61,323 nucleotides of DNA from Theionarchaea archaeon (GCA_018992685.1 JACVGT010000037.1:1-61323); one strand, 5' to 3'; shown: positions 1 to 9,325, counted from the first letter of the stretch. Notes: generated by a model from the letters alone, not told the origin. Numbers and translations: made by a program.

Positions 1-294
1 TAGAAAAGCTTTCAACTTGCACTTTCTGCCGTGCATTGTACTCTTCCCATATCGTTCCTGCCAGTCCCTCAACAACGGTATAAGATCATCATACGTGATC
101 TCTGAGAAAGGCTTCTTTATCTTCAGAACAACCTGGTTCAAAAGATCAAGGTAGGAACGGAGCGTGTTCTCTGGCTTCCTAGTGCTGGCGTACCTCTCAT
201 CAACAAACCTGTCAAACACTGCTCTCTGCTCTTCTGTCCACCCATATTTCTCATAACTACTATCAACCCGTCTTTGAAATTCATCCTGTCTCAT
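1..294 (-). CDS. Tyrosine recombinase/integrase, N-terminal core-binding (SAM-like) domain; truncated by window edge
   Basis: Not in the ORF track. Manual translation from ATG 294: MRQDEFQRRVDSSYEKYGWTEEQRAVFDRFVDERYASTRKPENTLRSYLDLLNQVVLKIKKPFSEITYDDLIPLLRDWQERYGKSTMHGRKCKLKAFL. The NTLRSY / ITYDDL / ST...LKAF pattern is typical of XerC/D-like N-domains. Purine-rich SD-like sequence upstream; lies next to a tRNA 3'-end repeat. Confidence 0.75.
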   Translation of the reverse strand, partial: MRQDEFQRRVDSSYEKYGWTEEQRAVFDRFVDERYASTRKPENTLRSYLDLLNQVVLKIKKPFSEITYDDLIPLLRDWQERYGKSTMHGRKCKLKAFL

Positions 295-306
295 ATCCCC
301 TCTACA

Positions 307-362
307 ACCCTCTCCTTCATAAGGGGTTAGGTTGGGAATTCGACAAAAGTGTCTGGCGCCGG
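307..362. repeat. att-like imperfect direct repeat, copy 1 (exact core GTGTCTGGCGCCGG at 349-362)
   Basis: ACCCTCTCCTTCATAAGGGGTTAG...GACAAAAGTGTCTGGCGCCGG aligns with 2177-2231; the core includes the last 9 nt of tRNA-Ser. Confidence 0.8.
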
Positions 363-2176
363 CATAAGGAATCGGATGAAATATTCAAGTACTATTTCTT
401 TTTGAAAAAGGAGATCTTTTTCAATACACTGTATGCAAGAGTAGCACAAATGTTTCGCTCTGGGGAAAGTTTCTTGATTTGGCATTTGATTTGCATATCT
501 CCTTGCTATGATTGACAAGAATATGCGTCCAGTAAGACTCTAGAAATTTGGCAGCATAGTGATTTTTAGGAAGCAGATTATCATCTTAAGGCTCTAGTCC
601 TCTTTTCTTGATATCATTATGCTTAAGCAATCATCTAGACTCTCAAACACCTCAGAATACTGGGTAATCCAGGGACTCAGTCTTCTACACCCACCTCTGA
701 AAACTACATATACTTTTTTGCCATTCAGGTAAGCGTATAGCATTTCGGATTGACAGCCGGCTGAAACTCTTGGATCCCCTTCCTCATCTTCCTTGATATA
801 TATAATCACAAGATCAGACTGATCTATCAACAGATAGTCCCTTGAAATGATCTGCGAATCAGTAGTTTCCATAACACTCCTTAGGTCTCTACCGAGTAGT
901 TCAGTTCCTGAAATGTTAAACTTCACCAAGTCTAGCGGAGTCCATTCATCTCTGTATAAACACCATTTCCTATTGCTTTTCTCCTCTTTCAGTGATGCTA
1001 TTGAACTGTTCGCTTTTTCGACTATCTCTTTCTCATTATCATAATAGACTTTTATTAAGTTGCGATCAGTTATACTAAAGGGATCAAAAGCTGTAAAATG
1101 TTCTTTAACTTTATTCTTGAAAGCTTCTATTTCTTTGTTTTCTTGACTCGACATACCAGTAATAGGAAAACTGAGATAGACTTTCTCCGAAGAAGGCCCG
1201 CAAAAGAGATCTACAAATAATTCGGCACCTTGAGATTTTGGCAAAATAAATGACTTTATTCCCAGAGAATCAGCGATAAACTTGGAAATTAATATCTCAT
1301 TTTCTCTCCATGAATACAATTCCCAGAATTCATAGAAATAAGTTCCTCTCTCTTCAAGCGCCTTCTTTATTTTAATTATATCATCTATTAAAGTGATGAC
1401 TATATCAGGTCCGAATTTTCCAACTATATTTCTATCAATGGCAGGGACTAGACCATGATGCCAGCGAAAAACGCAGTGGGTGTTTATTGCGTAAATTTCT
1501 TTCTCGCTTTCCTCCTCTAGATCTTCTTGCTCTTTCTTGCCCTGTTCCTTTTCTTTTACTTTTGCTATGAGTTCATCCCAAGATATCCTATGAAGAAGAT
1601 CAAGTAGTGGCTTTGGCAAGTTCAATATCGATCTCTCATTAATTTCGCGATTCGCATCATTGATCATGATATTATAGTTACCTATCATCTTCTTCCCAAT
1701 CGTATCAAAACTGAAACTCATATTCTCTTTTTCAAACAAGGGTCTTGCCTTTTCAAGATACTCACTCTTATTGAGTCCGCTCTGGCCTGTCAGCAGTATC
1801 TTTTTCAGCATTTTATGACCTCATCGAATACGTGCTGTTTCTCCTATTCTTGTTCACACTTCAGGGCAGACTTGCAGAGTCATGAACTGACCCAGTCTTG
1901 CATCTGCCTTTTCTCACTTTAATTCTCTCCTAACGAGCTCATATAAGCTATAAGTAGATTCGCTTATAAGGCTTTCGTTTTAAAAGATTTCAGAAGGAGA
2001 ATAGAGATGAAATGATTATCAATTGTCACAACCGCCGTTATTATTATAATCACAATGTCTTTCCTTTACAGGAAGACTTATTTTTCAGTTCTCCCTTTCT
2101 ACTATCTTCTTTCCTTTTATGTCAATAACTATGTTCATTGTACCTCACTGATCATTCTCTCTCCGATCTTGCACCC
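363..2176. mobile_element. AT-rich mini-island/cassette between att-like repeats at the tRNA-Ser 3' end
   Basis: Bounded by the two repeats, visibly lower GC than the flanking tldD/pmbA genes, adjacent to an integrase. Confidence 0.6.
594..1811 (-). CDS. P-loop nucleotide kinase-like (archaeal adenylate kinase-like) domain fused to a nucleoside 2-deoxyribosyltransferase/N-glycosidase-like domain
   Basis: N-terminal ILLTGQSGLNKS (Walker A variant), INTH..F and GPDIVITL. C-terminal KVYLSFPI, RDYLLIDQSDLVIIY and SAGCQSEMLYAYLNGKKVYVV (NDT-fold S-x-G-x3-E motif). Confidence 0.7.
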   Translation of the reverse strand: MLKKILLTGQSGLNKSEYLEKARPLFEKENMSFSFDTIGKKMIGNYNIMINDANREINERSILNLPKPLLDLLHRISWDELIAKVKEKEQGKKEQEDLEEESEKEIYAINTHCVFRWHHGLVPAIDRNIVGKFGPDIVITLIDDIIKIKKALEERGTYFYEFWELYSWRENEILISKFIADSLGIKSFILPKSQGAELFVDLFCGPSSEKVYLSFPITGMSSQENKEIEAFKNKVKEHFTAFDPFSITDRNLIKVYYDNEKEIVEKANSSIASLKEEKSNRKWCLYRDEWTPLDLVKFNISGTELLGRDLRSVMETTDSQIISRDYLLIDQSDLVIIYIKEDEEGDPRVSAGCQSEMLYAYLNGKKVYVVFRGGCRRLSPWITQYSEVFESLDDCLSIMISRKED

Positions 2177-2231
2177 ACCCTCTCCTCTATAAGTGGTTTG
2201 AATCAGATTTGGACATGGTGTCTGGCGCCGG
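2177..2231. repeat. att-like imperfect direct repeat, copy 2, overlapping the tRNA-Ser 3' end
   Basis: ACCCTCTCCTCTATAAGTGGTTTG...GACATGGTGTCTGGCGCCGG. Confidence 0.8.
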
Positions 2232-2312
2232 GGTAGGGATTTGAACCCTAGTTGTGCTGAGCACAACCAGATCTCGAGTCTGGCGCGTTTGCCCTAGCTC
2301 CGCCACCCCGGC
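2223..2312 (-). tRNA. tRNA-Ser(CGA), CCA encoded
   Basis: Reverse complement GCCGGGGTGGCGGAG...CCAGA-CTCGAGA-TCTGG, long variable arm, GGTTCAAATCC, CCCCGGC-G-CCA. Confidence 0.97.
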
Positions 2313-2318
2313 CTTGAT

Positions 2319-3626
2319 CTACTTCGTTGAAGTCGTAATATTGATGTCCTTTACCAGCACGTACGGGGAAAACACAGGGTAGTCACATTCCCACCAGTGG
2401 ATTTGCTCCTGATCTCTGGATAACCCATCAACGTTCTCCAGCAACCGCAGCATATTGTCGCTGATCCTTATATTTCTTACGGCACCCGTGATGGCCCCAT
2501 CCTCAATCTTCAATATCGCGTCTCTGGGTATCGTCGAGAAATCACCCGTCATAAAGTTCTGAAACCTCGTGTACCACGTGTTAGTCACCAGCAGTCCTTT
2601 CTTGACCTCACTTACCAGATCATCGGTAGATTTCCCGCCACCTGCAATCACGACATTCTGCGGCTCCGGCGCATCCAGTCCCGCGTTTGCCGTAGTCTCT
2701 GTGCCAAACTTCTTGGCAGTGGACGTATTATGCAGGAAATTCTCCAGAACACCCTCCTTAATGATGGGCGTCCTTTTTGTAGGGACACCTTCCTTATCAA
2801 ACTTGGTTGAAAAAATCCCATTCTCCATCATGCCATCGTTCACCATGGTGAACTTCTCTGATGCCACCTTCTTTCCGATCTTTCCATAGAAGAATGATAT
2901 GCCAGAATCCACGAAAAAGGCTGACACTGAATACAATCCACCAGACATCAATGTGGCGAAACACAATGGCGTAAACAAGAGATCATAGTGCCCTTCCTCA
3001 CCCTTTACCGGGTTATGCGATTTCTTTGCCAGATCTGATGCATCTTCAGCAGCTTTTACCCCATTGAAGTCTTTCAGTGTGGCTGAGCAGCTTACACCAT
3101 GACCCGAACTGTCCTTCTCAGATGCACGACATGAAATCTCAATATACGCCCTCTCATCACTCCCTTCCGTGAACGTTGATGCAAAGTCAACCTCCTGATA
3201 GCGCGTGTACAGTACGCCTGCAATCCTCTCTGCTTCACATGCCTCAATGGCCTCATGCGTCAGTCCCACAGCATCTGCCTGTGCAATACTCATGTCGCAT
3301 CTGCGTTTCCTGTACTCAAAAGGACCATGTGCAATCCCGTGGTAATCCTTGCTCTCCTGCATCTTATCCAAAAGCTTAACGGCCCTTTTCATGTCTTCTT
3401 CAATCTTTTCCAGGTTCTGCAGGGTGAACTTCGTATTTCTGTTCCCCTTGGCCACGAAAATATCTGCATTCACCGTGTTAAACTCCTTGGCTACAGTAAT
3501 CTCGTTCCGCGAAAACCGCACCTGCTGACTCTTCTCATTGATAATCTGGCAGACTGCCTCATCCACGCCCATGGATGACGCTTCCTTCACCAGCCGAGAA
3601 GCACTCAACTCAACCACGGACACCAC
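2319..3626 (-). CDS. pmbA: TldD/PmbA family, PmbA/TldE-type subunit
   Basis: FDKEGVP, TTANAG, TGDFS motifs; no HExxxH; overlaps the tldD stop region. Confidence 0.88.
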   Translation of the reverse strand: MVSVVELSASRLVKEASSMGVDEAVCQIINEKSQQVRFSRNEITVAKEFNTVNADIFVAKGNRNTKFTLQNLEKIEEDMKRAVKLLDKMQESKDYHGIAHGPFEYRKRRCDMSIAQADAVGLTHEAIEACEAERIAGVLYTRYQEVDFASTFTEGSDERAYIEISCRASEKDSSGHGVSCSATLKDFNGVKAAEDASDLAKKSHNPVKGEEGHYDLLFTPLCFATLMSGGLYSVSAFFVDSGISFFYGKIGKKVASEKFTMVNDGMMENGIFSTKFDKEGVPTKRTPIIKEGVLENFLHNTSTAKKFGTETTANAGLDAPEPQNVVIAGGGKSTDDLVSEVKKGLLVTNTWYTRFQNFMTGDFSTIPRDAILKIEDGAITGAVRNIRISDNMLRLLENVDGLSRDQEQIHWWECDYPVFSPYVLVKDINITTSTK

Positions 3627-5016
3627 CCAACCTGATGTCTTTCAGTCGCATATACGGCCCGCCCATACTGGTGGGAGCACCCTGGACAGGATCCCCTTTC
3701 CCGCAGGTACCTGCATACAGAACGATTTCATCTGCCACAGCATCCACTGATGAATAGAATCCCGTTGTCGTGACTTCCAGGATGGGTCGCACCACGGGAG
3801 GCCCAATTTCACCATTCTCAATCAAATACGCTTCTCTTCCAATGTAACGCTGGTTGAACCTGGTATCATCAATATTCCACTCAGTAAATGATTTCATCAA
3901 GACACCTTTCTTTGTTTCTTCAATCAATTCATCTTGTGTGTAATCCCCAGCGCAGAAATACGTGTTAGCCATCCTGACAATAGGTTCTCTATCAAAGGCC
4001 ATGGCACGGGCAGCACCATTACTTCCACCGTTGAGGGCATATCCTGTTTCCCTGTTGGAGAGAAATTCATTAATCTTTCCTTCCTTGATCAGCATACGTT
4101 TTCTCGCCTTGATCCCTTCGTCATCGTACAGGTAGTACCCATAACTGCCTTCAATGGTAGGATCTTCTGCAATGTTCACGAGTTCGCTGCCGATGGTAGT
4201 ACCAATCATCGTCGGATTGACAAAAGACTCCCCTGCCTGCGCTGCCTCCCGTCCCAGGATACGGTCTGCTTCCAGGGGATGGCCACATGACTCGTGAGCA
4301 GTGATCCCTGCAACTTCAGGGCCCACAATGATGCTTACTGGTTCAGACGGTGCCTTAACTCCTTCTTTGAGAATCCGGTACAGGACCCTGACCTCTTCCG
4401 GCAGTCTTTCAAAGAGGTTGAGCCCCTGAAATGTTTCCCAACCCCCTATGCCTCCGTACTGAAGCTGACATTGTTCACTGTTATTACTCTCAATCACGGT
4501 AAGGATGGCCAGCAACCCAATGCGGGGAATGCGGGACCTGATCTCTGCCCCTTCCGTGTTGATGTAGTACTTGGTACGGTCCTCATCTGTGTACTGGTAT
4601 AGCTGGAATACTAATCCTTTTTCCTGCTGCAGGTGGTTATTCAAGTCTAAAAGCTCCTGAGATCTGTCAATATCTTCCAGATTTTTCTTTTGAGGAATTT
4701 CGTAGGAAGCAGTATGCATTTTTTCATCTGATAGTCCAATTTTCTCCTTGTTTCGTGCTGCTGACGCTCGGGCCAGCTTCTGTGCCTTTTCTACCACATG
4801 GTTGATGCTCTCTTTGTCCAGAGTGTTTGTGGATGCAAATCCCAGCCCTCCGTCTATGATCACTCTCACTGAAAGTCCGTGTTGACTGGCTAACTGGTAA
4901 ATATCCAGGTTACCATTCTTGACCACTGCCTGCAGTCCGCGCAGTTCTTCCATTCTGGCTTCCGCATAGTCTGCTTTTGACTGCTGCAGTGCATAGTGAG
5001 CTAAATTTTCGTCCAT
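3610..5016 (-). CDS. tldD: TldD metalloprotease subunit
   Basis: HESCGHPLEAD, YDDEG, PIVRMANTY, CGKGDP...GGP motifs. Confidence 0.92.
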   Translation of the reverse strand: MDENLAHYALQQSKADYAEARMEELRGLQAVVKNGNLDIYQLASQHGLSVRVIIDGGLGFASTNTLDKESINHVVEKAQKLARASAARNKEKIGLSDEKMHTASYEIPQKKNLEDIDRSQELLDLNNHLQQEKGLVFQLYQYTDEDRTKYYINTEGAEIRSRIPRIGLLAILTVIESNNSEQCQLQYGGIGGWETFQGLNLFERLPEEVRVLYRILKEGVKAPSEPVSIIVGPEVAGITAHESCGHPLEADRILGREAAQAGESFVNPTMIGTTIGSELVNIAEDPTIEGSYGYYLYDDEGIKARKRMLIKEGKINEFLSNRETGYALNGGSNGAARAMAFDREPIVRMANTYFCAGDYTQDELIEETKKGVLMKSFTEWNIDDTRFNQRYIGREAYLIENGEIGPPVVRPILEVTTTGFYSSVDAVADEIVLYAGTCGKGDPVQGAPTSMGGPYMRLKDIRLGGVRG

Positions 5017-5232
5017 CAGATATGGAGTCTACGTGAGACTTATAAACCTTGCCGTTACGGAAAGTCTGTAATATCACCAGCCACAGATAATATATTCTCA
5101 CCGCAAAGTGTCTCACCCTGTCGGTTGGGCGGAATAGGGGCTGGCTGTCGGAGGCTCCGGATCATCTGCAACCTGAGAGGAACAGGAAAAATGAGGGAAA
5201 ACCTCTATAAAGACTGCGGCAATTACCACGCG

Positions 5233-6183
5233 ATGTTCGACAAAAATGTGTTGTCCACCCTGCTGGTGTTCTCAGGCATTCTGCTGGTAGGTTATGTACT
5301 GCGCCCGCTAATTCCAGGGCTCTGTCTGGCTCTGGTTCTCATCTATGTGACAACTCCCATGACCAATTTCCTCCAGAAATATGTGAAGAAAAGAGTCATT
5401 GCCACCAGTCTGGCGTTTGTAGTCATTGTCATATGCTTTGGATTCTTGTCTTTTCTGCTGGTCGGTGAAATAGTACGAGAAGCTTCCCAGCTTCCAGCAT
5501 ACCTGCAAGATCAGGAGCTGCTTCAGGATTTGGACATATTTGGAAAAATCAGTGGAAGTGACATTGTCAAGAATCTTCTGACTGAGAATGGACTGAAACT
5601 GGTGGTGGGAATTGCTTCCCAGGTGGGAAACCTGCTGATTCAGGTGTTTTTCGGCGTGTTGATCTCCTTCGCTGTGGTATGGCAGCAGGTGAAGATACCG
5701 GTTCATGATGAGAAGGTGAAGGAAGTACTGGCCATTATTGACAGGGGACTTCACAGTGTGATTTCCAGTCTCTTCTCCACAGCCATTGTTACAGGGTTAA
5801 TCAGTGTCCCCATCTACATTGGGTTTGGGCTTCCGTACCCATTGATGCTGGCACTTCTCACGGGATTTCTGACATTGTTGCCCGTGATCGGAGCGTGGTT
5901 ACTGTATCTGCCTGTCACAGGGTACCTGTTCTTTGAGGATGGAATTACCCGGAGTGTGTTGTTCCTGGCAGTGTGCGCAGTGTTCATCAGTACAGTACCT
6001 GATATCCTCGTGAGACCCATAACGGGGAAGACCAAAGAAGTGGGAGCCATTCCCTTGCTGGTGGGATTTATCTGTGGGATGCTGGTATTCGGGGTTTCTG
6101 GCATCGTCCTGGGACCGGTGATCATCATTTCAGCTATCGCCTTCTGGAAAGTGTACTATGTTCAGGATTCTCACGCGGAGTAG
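5233..6183 (+). CDS. AI-2E (PerM) family transporter
   Basis: Multi-TM; LLPVIGAWL, PDILVRP, GMLVFGVSGIVLGP motifs. Start moved to ATG 5233. Confidence 0.85.
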   Translation: MFDKNVLSTLLVFSGILLVGYVLRPLIPGLCLALVLIYVTTPMTNFLQKYVKKRVIATSLAFVVIVICFGFLSFLLVGEIVREASQLPAYLQDQELLQDLDIFGKISGSDIVKNLLTENGLKLVVGIASQVGNLLIQVFFGVLISFAVVWQQVKIPVHDEKVKEVLAIIDRGLHSVISSLFSTAIVTGLISVPIYIGFGLPYPLMLALLTGFLTLLPVIGAWLLYLPVTGYLFFEDGITRSVLFLAVCAVFISTVPDILVRPITGKTKEVGAIPLLVGFICGMLVFGVSGIVLGPVIIISAIAFWKVYYVQDSHAE

Positions 6184-6289
6184 TCTCTGCAGATCAGGAT
6201 TTGCCCAATTCATCCCCTGAGTGGAGTGCGCCACTTTGTTACCAGGGAATTTCGCAATCCTTAAGAGTGTGGAACTCCACGTACCACTC

Positions 6290-7048
6290 ATGCGTTCAAT
6301 CTGGAAAGGAACTATCGCATTTGGGTTGGTGAATATCCCGGTGAACCTCCACACAGCCACTAGGGATGATTCAGTGAGGTTCCACAATGTGTGTCCCACA
6401 CACCATGTGCCTCTCCAATACAAGAAATGGTGTCCAGAAGGACACGAAGAAATAGACTACAAAGATATGGAAAAAGGATATGAAGTCGGCAAGAACTATG
6501 TGATCATTGACCAGAAAGAATTAGATGCATTAGAACTTGAGAGTACGCATACGATTGACATTGAGAAGTTCGTGGACTCCTCTGACATCCCTATACTGGC
6601 ATACGACTCGTTCTACTTTCTGAGTCCTGGCAGGGGTGGAGAAAAAGCATATGCACTCCTCCACGAGGTCTTGACCCTGACAGGAAGAGTGGGTATAGGA
6701 AAAGTCGTCTTGCGCAGCAAAGAATATTTAGTGGCTCTCAAGAACTATCAAAAAGGTATTATTCTTGTTACTTTGCGGTATTCTGATGAAATTGTCAACA
6801 TTGATGAAGCTCTGCCTGATAATATGCCTGGAATTTCTGAGAAGGAGTTGGATCTGGCCAGAACTCTCATTGAAAAGATGGAGGGTGACTTGAACCTCTC
6901 GCAGTACCAGGATCGCTATCGAGAGAAAGTTGAAGAATTAGTACAGAAGAAGCTCAGAGGAGAAGCAATCATAGCAGAAGAAGTCAAAGAAACTGAAAAA
7001 ACCAAGGACATCCTGGCTGCTCTCGAGAAAAGTATTGAAGCCAGGTGA
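6290..7048 (+). CDS. ku: Ku DNA end-binding protein (NHEJ)
   Basis: MRSIWKGTIAFGLVNIPV, KGYE, IDIEKFV, YQDRYRE, DILAALEKS. Start moved to ATG 6290. Confidence 0.96.
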   Translation: MRSIWKGTIAFGLVNIPVNLHTATRDDSVRFHNVCPTHHVPLQYKKWCPEGHEEIDYKDMEKGYEVGKNYVIIDQKELDALELESTHTIDIEKFVDSSDIPILAYDSFYFLSPGRGGEKAYALLHEVLTLTGRVGIGKVVLRSKEYLVALKNYQKGIILVTLRYSDEIVNIDEALPDNMPGISEKELDLARTLIEKMEGDLNLSQYQDRYREKVEELVQKKLRGEAIIAEEVKETEKTKDILAALEKSIEAR

Positions 7049-7977
7049 CAGGATTGCAGACCAAGTACCAGCCAATGCTAGCCAGGTCCTCAGGTCCCTT
7101 CACAGACAAGGACTGGATATTCGAGGTCAAGTGGGACGGCACACGAGCAGTATCATACATCAACCAAAAATCCACCTTTATTAACAGAAGAGGAGTCAAT
7201 ATCACGGATCGATATCCCGAGCTGCAGATCGAAGAGAATGTCACCGCCCCATGTGTCCTGGATGGGGAAATCGTCGTTCTCGTGGAGGGAAAACCGTCGT
7301 TCCCTGATTTGCAGCGGAGAGAGCACATCGAGGACCCCTTCAAGATTCAGATACTCTCCACGCAGTTACCTGCCGTCTACATCGTGTTTGACATTCTACG
7401 CTGTGACAGTAGAGACCTCACACAGACACCGTTACTGACCCGCAAGAGAATATTACAGCAGACAGTTTCGGAGTCTGAAAGGGTGCTTATCTGCCCATAT
7501 GTACAGGAAAAGGGAGAAGACTATTTTAAAGCTGTCACAGACTCTGGGTTTGAGGGTATCATGGCCAAGAAGAAAGATTCATTCTACTACCCCGGGAAAA
7601 GATCTGGTTCCTGGCTGAAGATCAAGAAGACACTGACTGCAGACTGTGTGATTGGCGGATTTACTCAGGGAGAAGGTGTGAGAGAACCCACGTTTGGCGC
7701 CCTGGTACTGGGTGTGGGCTGCCCACTCGAGCTTGTTGGGAAGGTGGGTTCAGGGTTTACTGACGATGATTTGATCCACATCTCAGCCCTGCTGACCCAG
7801 ATAGAGACTGATGAAAACCCCTTTTCTACTCCCGTACCGTATGATACCATACACTTTGTCAGACCGGAATACGTCTGTGAGGTGAAATACCAGCAGATGA
7901 CTCATGACAAAAAGCTAAGAGCTCCCGTTTTTCTGAGAATGAGGTATGATAAGACCCCTGCAGAATGTATTCAATGA
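7045..7977 (+). CDS. ligD: ATP-dependent DNA ligase, LigD-type ligase domain only
   Basis: EVKWDG (motif I), LDGEIV, VFDIL, EGIMAK, YYPGKRS..WLKIK, GKVGSGF, LRAPVF; GTGA overlap with ku. Confidence 0.92.
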   Translation: MTGLQTKYQPMLARSSGPFTDKDWIFEVKWDGTRAVSYINQKSTFINRRGVNITDRYPELQIEENVTAPCVLDGEIVVLVEGKPSFPDLQRREHIEDPFKIQILSTQLPAVYIVFDILRCDSRDLTQTPLLTRKRILQQTVSESERVLICPYVQEKGEDYFKAVTDSGFEGIMAKKKDSFYYPGKRSGSWLKIKKTLTADCVIGGFTQGEGVREPTFGALVLGVGCPLELVGKVGSGFTDDDLIHISALLTQIETDENPFSTPVPYDTIHFVRPEYVCEVKYQQMTHDKKLRAPVFLRMRYDKTPAECIQ

Positions 7978-8121
7978 CACCCCCTGTGTGTTCTACCGAA
8001 GATTTGCTGAAATAAAGTGTGCAAGAATATATATAGAATACGTCACCATCATCAACGAGGTGGAAGTCTGTCCATCCCGGTGAAGGAGACAGTGGACGGA
8101 CTGAATTGGTCGAAAAGGGAG

Positions 8122-8598
8122 ATGGTACAAATGAGAGAAATTCCTTATGATGAGGTGGGAGAGAACAGTGCGTACATGCTCACCATGGTATGCAGGAAAT
8201 GCGGGCAGGAAATCAGCAGAACAAGAGTTTTTCATGATCCTGAATCTGTGATAAATCTGTACGAAGAGGCACAGAACGATCGCATGGTAAACTGGTGTGG
8301 TCCATGTGGATCCATGGGAGATATCCACGTCTGGGAAATGAATGAAGGAGAGAATGAGACCTTCTATCTTCTGAATGTTCACACGCAGCAACCTGAGATT
8401 GATCACTGGTGTTTTAGAAAATGTGGAAAGATTTCTGTTACCTGTGTTACATTGGATAGTGAAGAGGGAAAACTGTCTTTTCTGCTCTGTAGAAGCTCTT
8501 CTTGCCCCAACTGTGAAAGGGAAGTGGACTTGGGTCCTGGCAAGACCAAGGAGGGCATTACAGGTCAGTATATTGTGAGGATTCTGAGCCCTGTTTGA
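8122..8598 (+). CDS. Hypothetical Cys-rich (probable Zn-binding) protein
   Basis: CRKC, CGPC, CFRKC, CPNC pairs; start 8122 or 8131 inferred. Confidence 0.55.
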   Translation: MVQMREIPYDEVGENSAYMLTMVCRKCGQEISRTRVFHDPESVINLYEEAQNDRMVNWCGPCGSMGDIHVWEMNEGENETFYLLNVHTQQPEIDHWCFRKCGKISVTCVTLDSEEGKLSFLLCRSSSCPNCEREVDLGPGKTKEGITGQYIVRILSPV

Positions 8599-8704
8599 TC
8601 TGGTGGAGGTCATGGTGACGGGACCTGAAGTGTTCTTATGCACATTTTGGGTTTTGCCGCTTGGGCAACCAAATGTTTATAAAAGGGAAAGAAATATGCA
8701 ACCC

Positions 8705-8857
8705 ATGAAGTGTACCTCATGTCAGAAAGAAATTTCACCCCATGAAAAAGTTGTCACCTTTCCTTGTCCTCAATGTGAAGAAACAGTCATAAGATGCGAA
8801 AAATGCCGTGTCCTGGCGAACCCGTACAGATGTAGTTGCGGGTTTGAGGGGCCGTGA
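8705..8857 (+). CDS. Small Zn-ribbon protein (DUF1610/HVO_2753-like)
   Basis: CTSC..FPCPQC..IRCEKCR...Y.C.CGFEGP; conserved position upstream of EF-1beta. Confidence 0.9.
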   Translation: MKCTSCQKEISPHEKVVTFPCPQCEETVIRCEKCRVLANPYRCSCGFEGP

Positions 8858-8866
8858 GGTGGTCAT

Positions 8867-9142
8867 GTGTACAACTTAATTGCAACATTAAGAGTATTGC
8901 CTGAGGATACTGAAACAGATCTGAAAGAACTGGAAGAGATTATTCGAGGGTTGATACCTTCTCACATGGAACTGCACAAAGTGGAACAGGAGCCCATTGC
9001 ATATGGGCTGGTGGCCCTGAGAATCATGGTTTTGACCATTGATGACGCGTCAGGGAGTACCGACGTTCTGGAATCTTCCATTCAGGACCTGGACATGGTT
9101 TCTCAGGTAGAAGTAATCGATGTACGAAGAACATTGGGTTAG
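8867..9142 (+). CDS. ef1b: Archaeal elongation factor 1-beta
   Basis: LRVLPE, EPIAYGLVAL, VSQVEV motifs. Confidence 0.93.
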   Translation: MYNLIATLRVLPEDTETDLKELEEIIRGLIPSHMELHKVEQEPIAYGLVALRIMVLTIDDASGSTDVLESSIQDLDMVSQVEVIDVRRTLG

Positions 9143-9325
9143 ATTTAGAATTTCCTGGATTTAATGAGTTCACCTTTCATACTTTTTTCTTCTTGGGAAT
9201 TTACGCGGCTTTGTCCCATGCTCAGGTCTCGAACAGTGGATCTGATCGGGAAGGTAAGAACGTCCTGTGAGGGTTCAAGGGAAAGAAAGGGCAAAGATTT
9301 AATTGTCAACTACCATGACACTTCC

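Noticed and set aside
327-518. 63-aa minus-strand ORF
   Set aside because: Runs across the att-like repeat, has no motif or SD; likely spurious.
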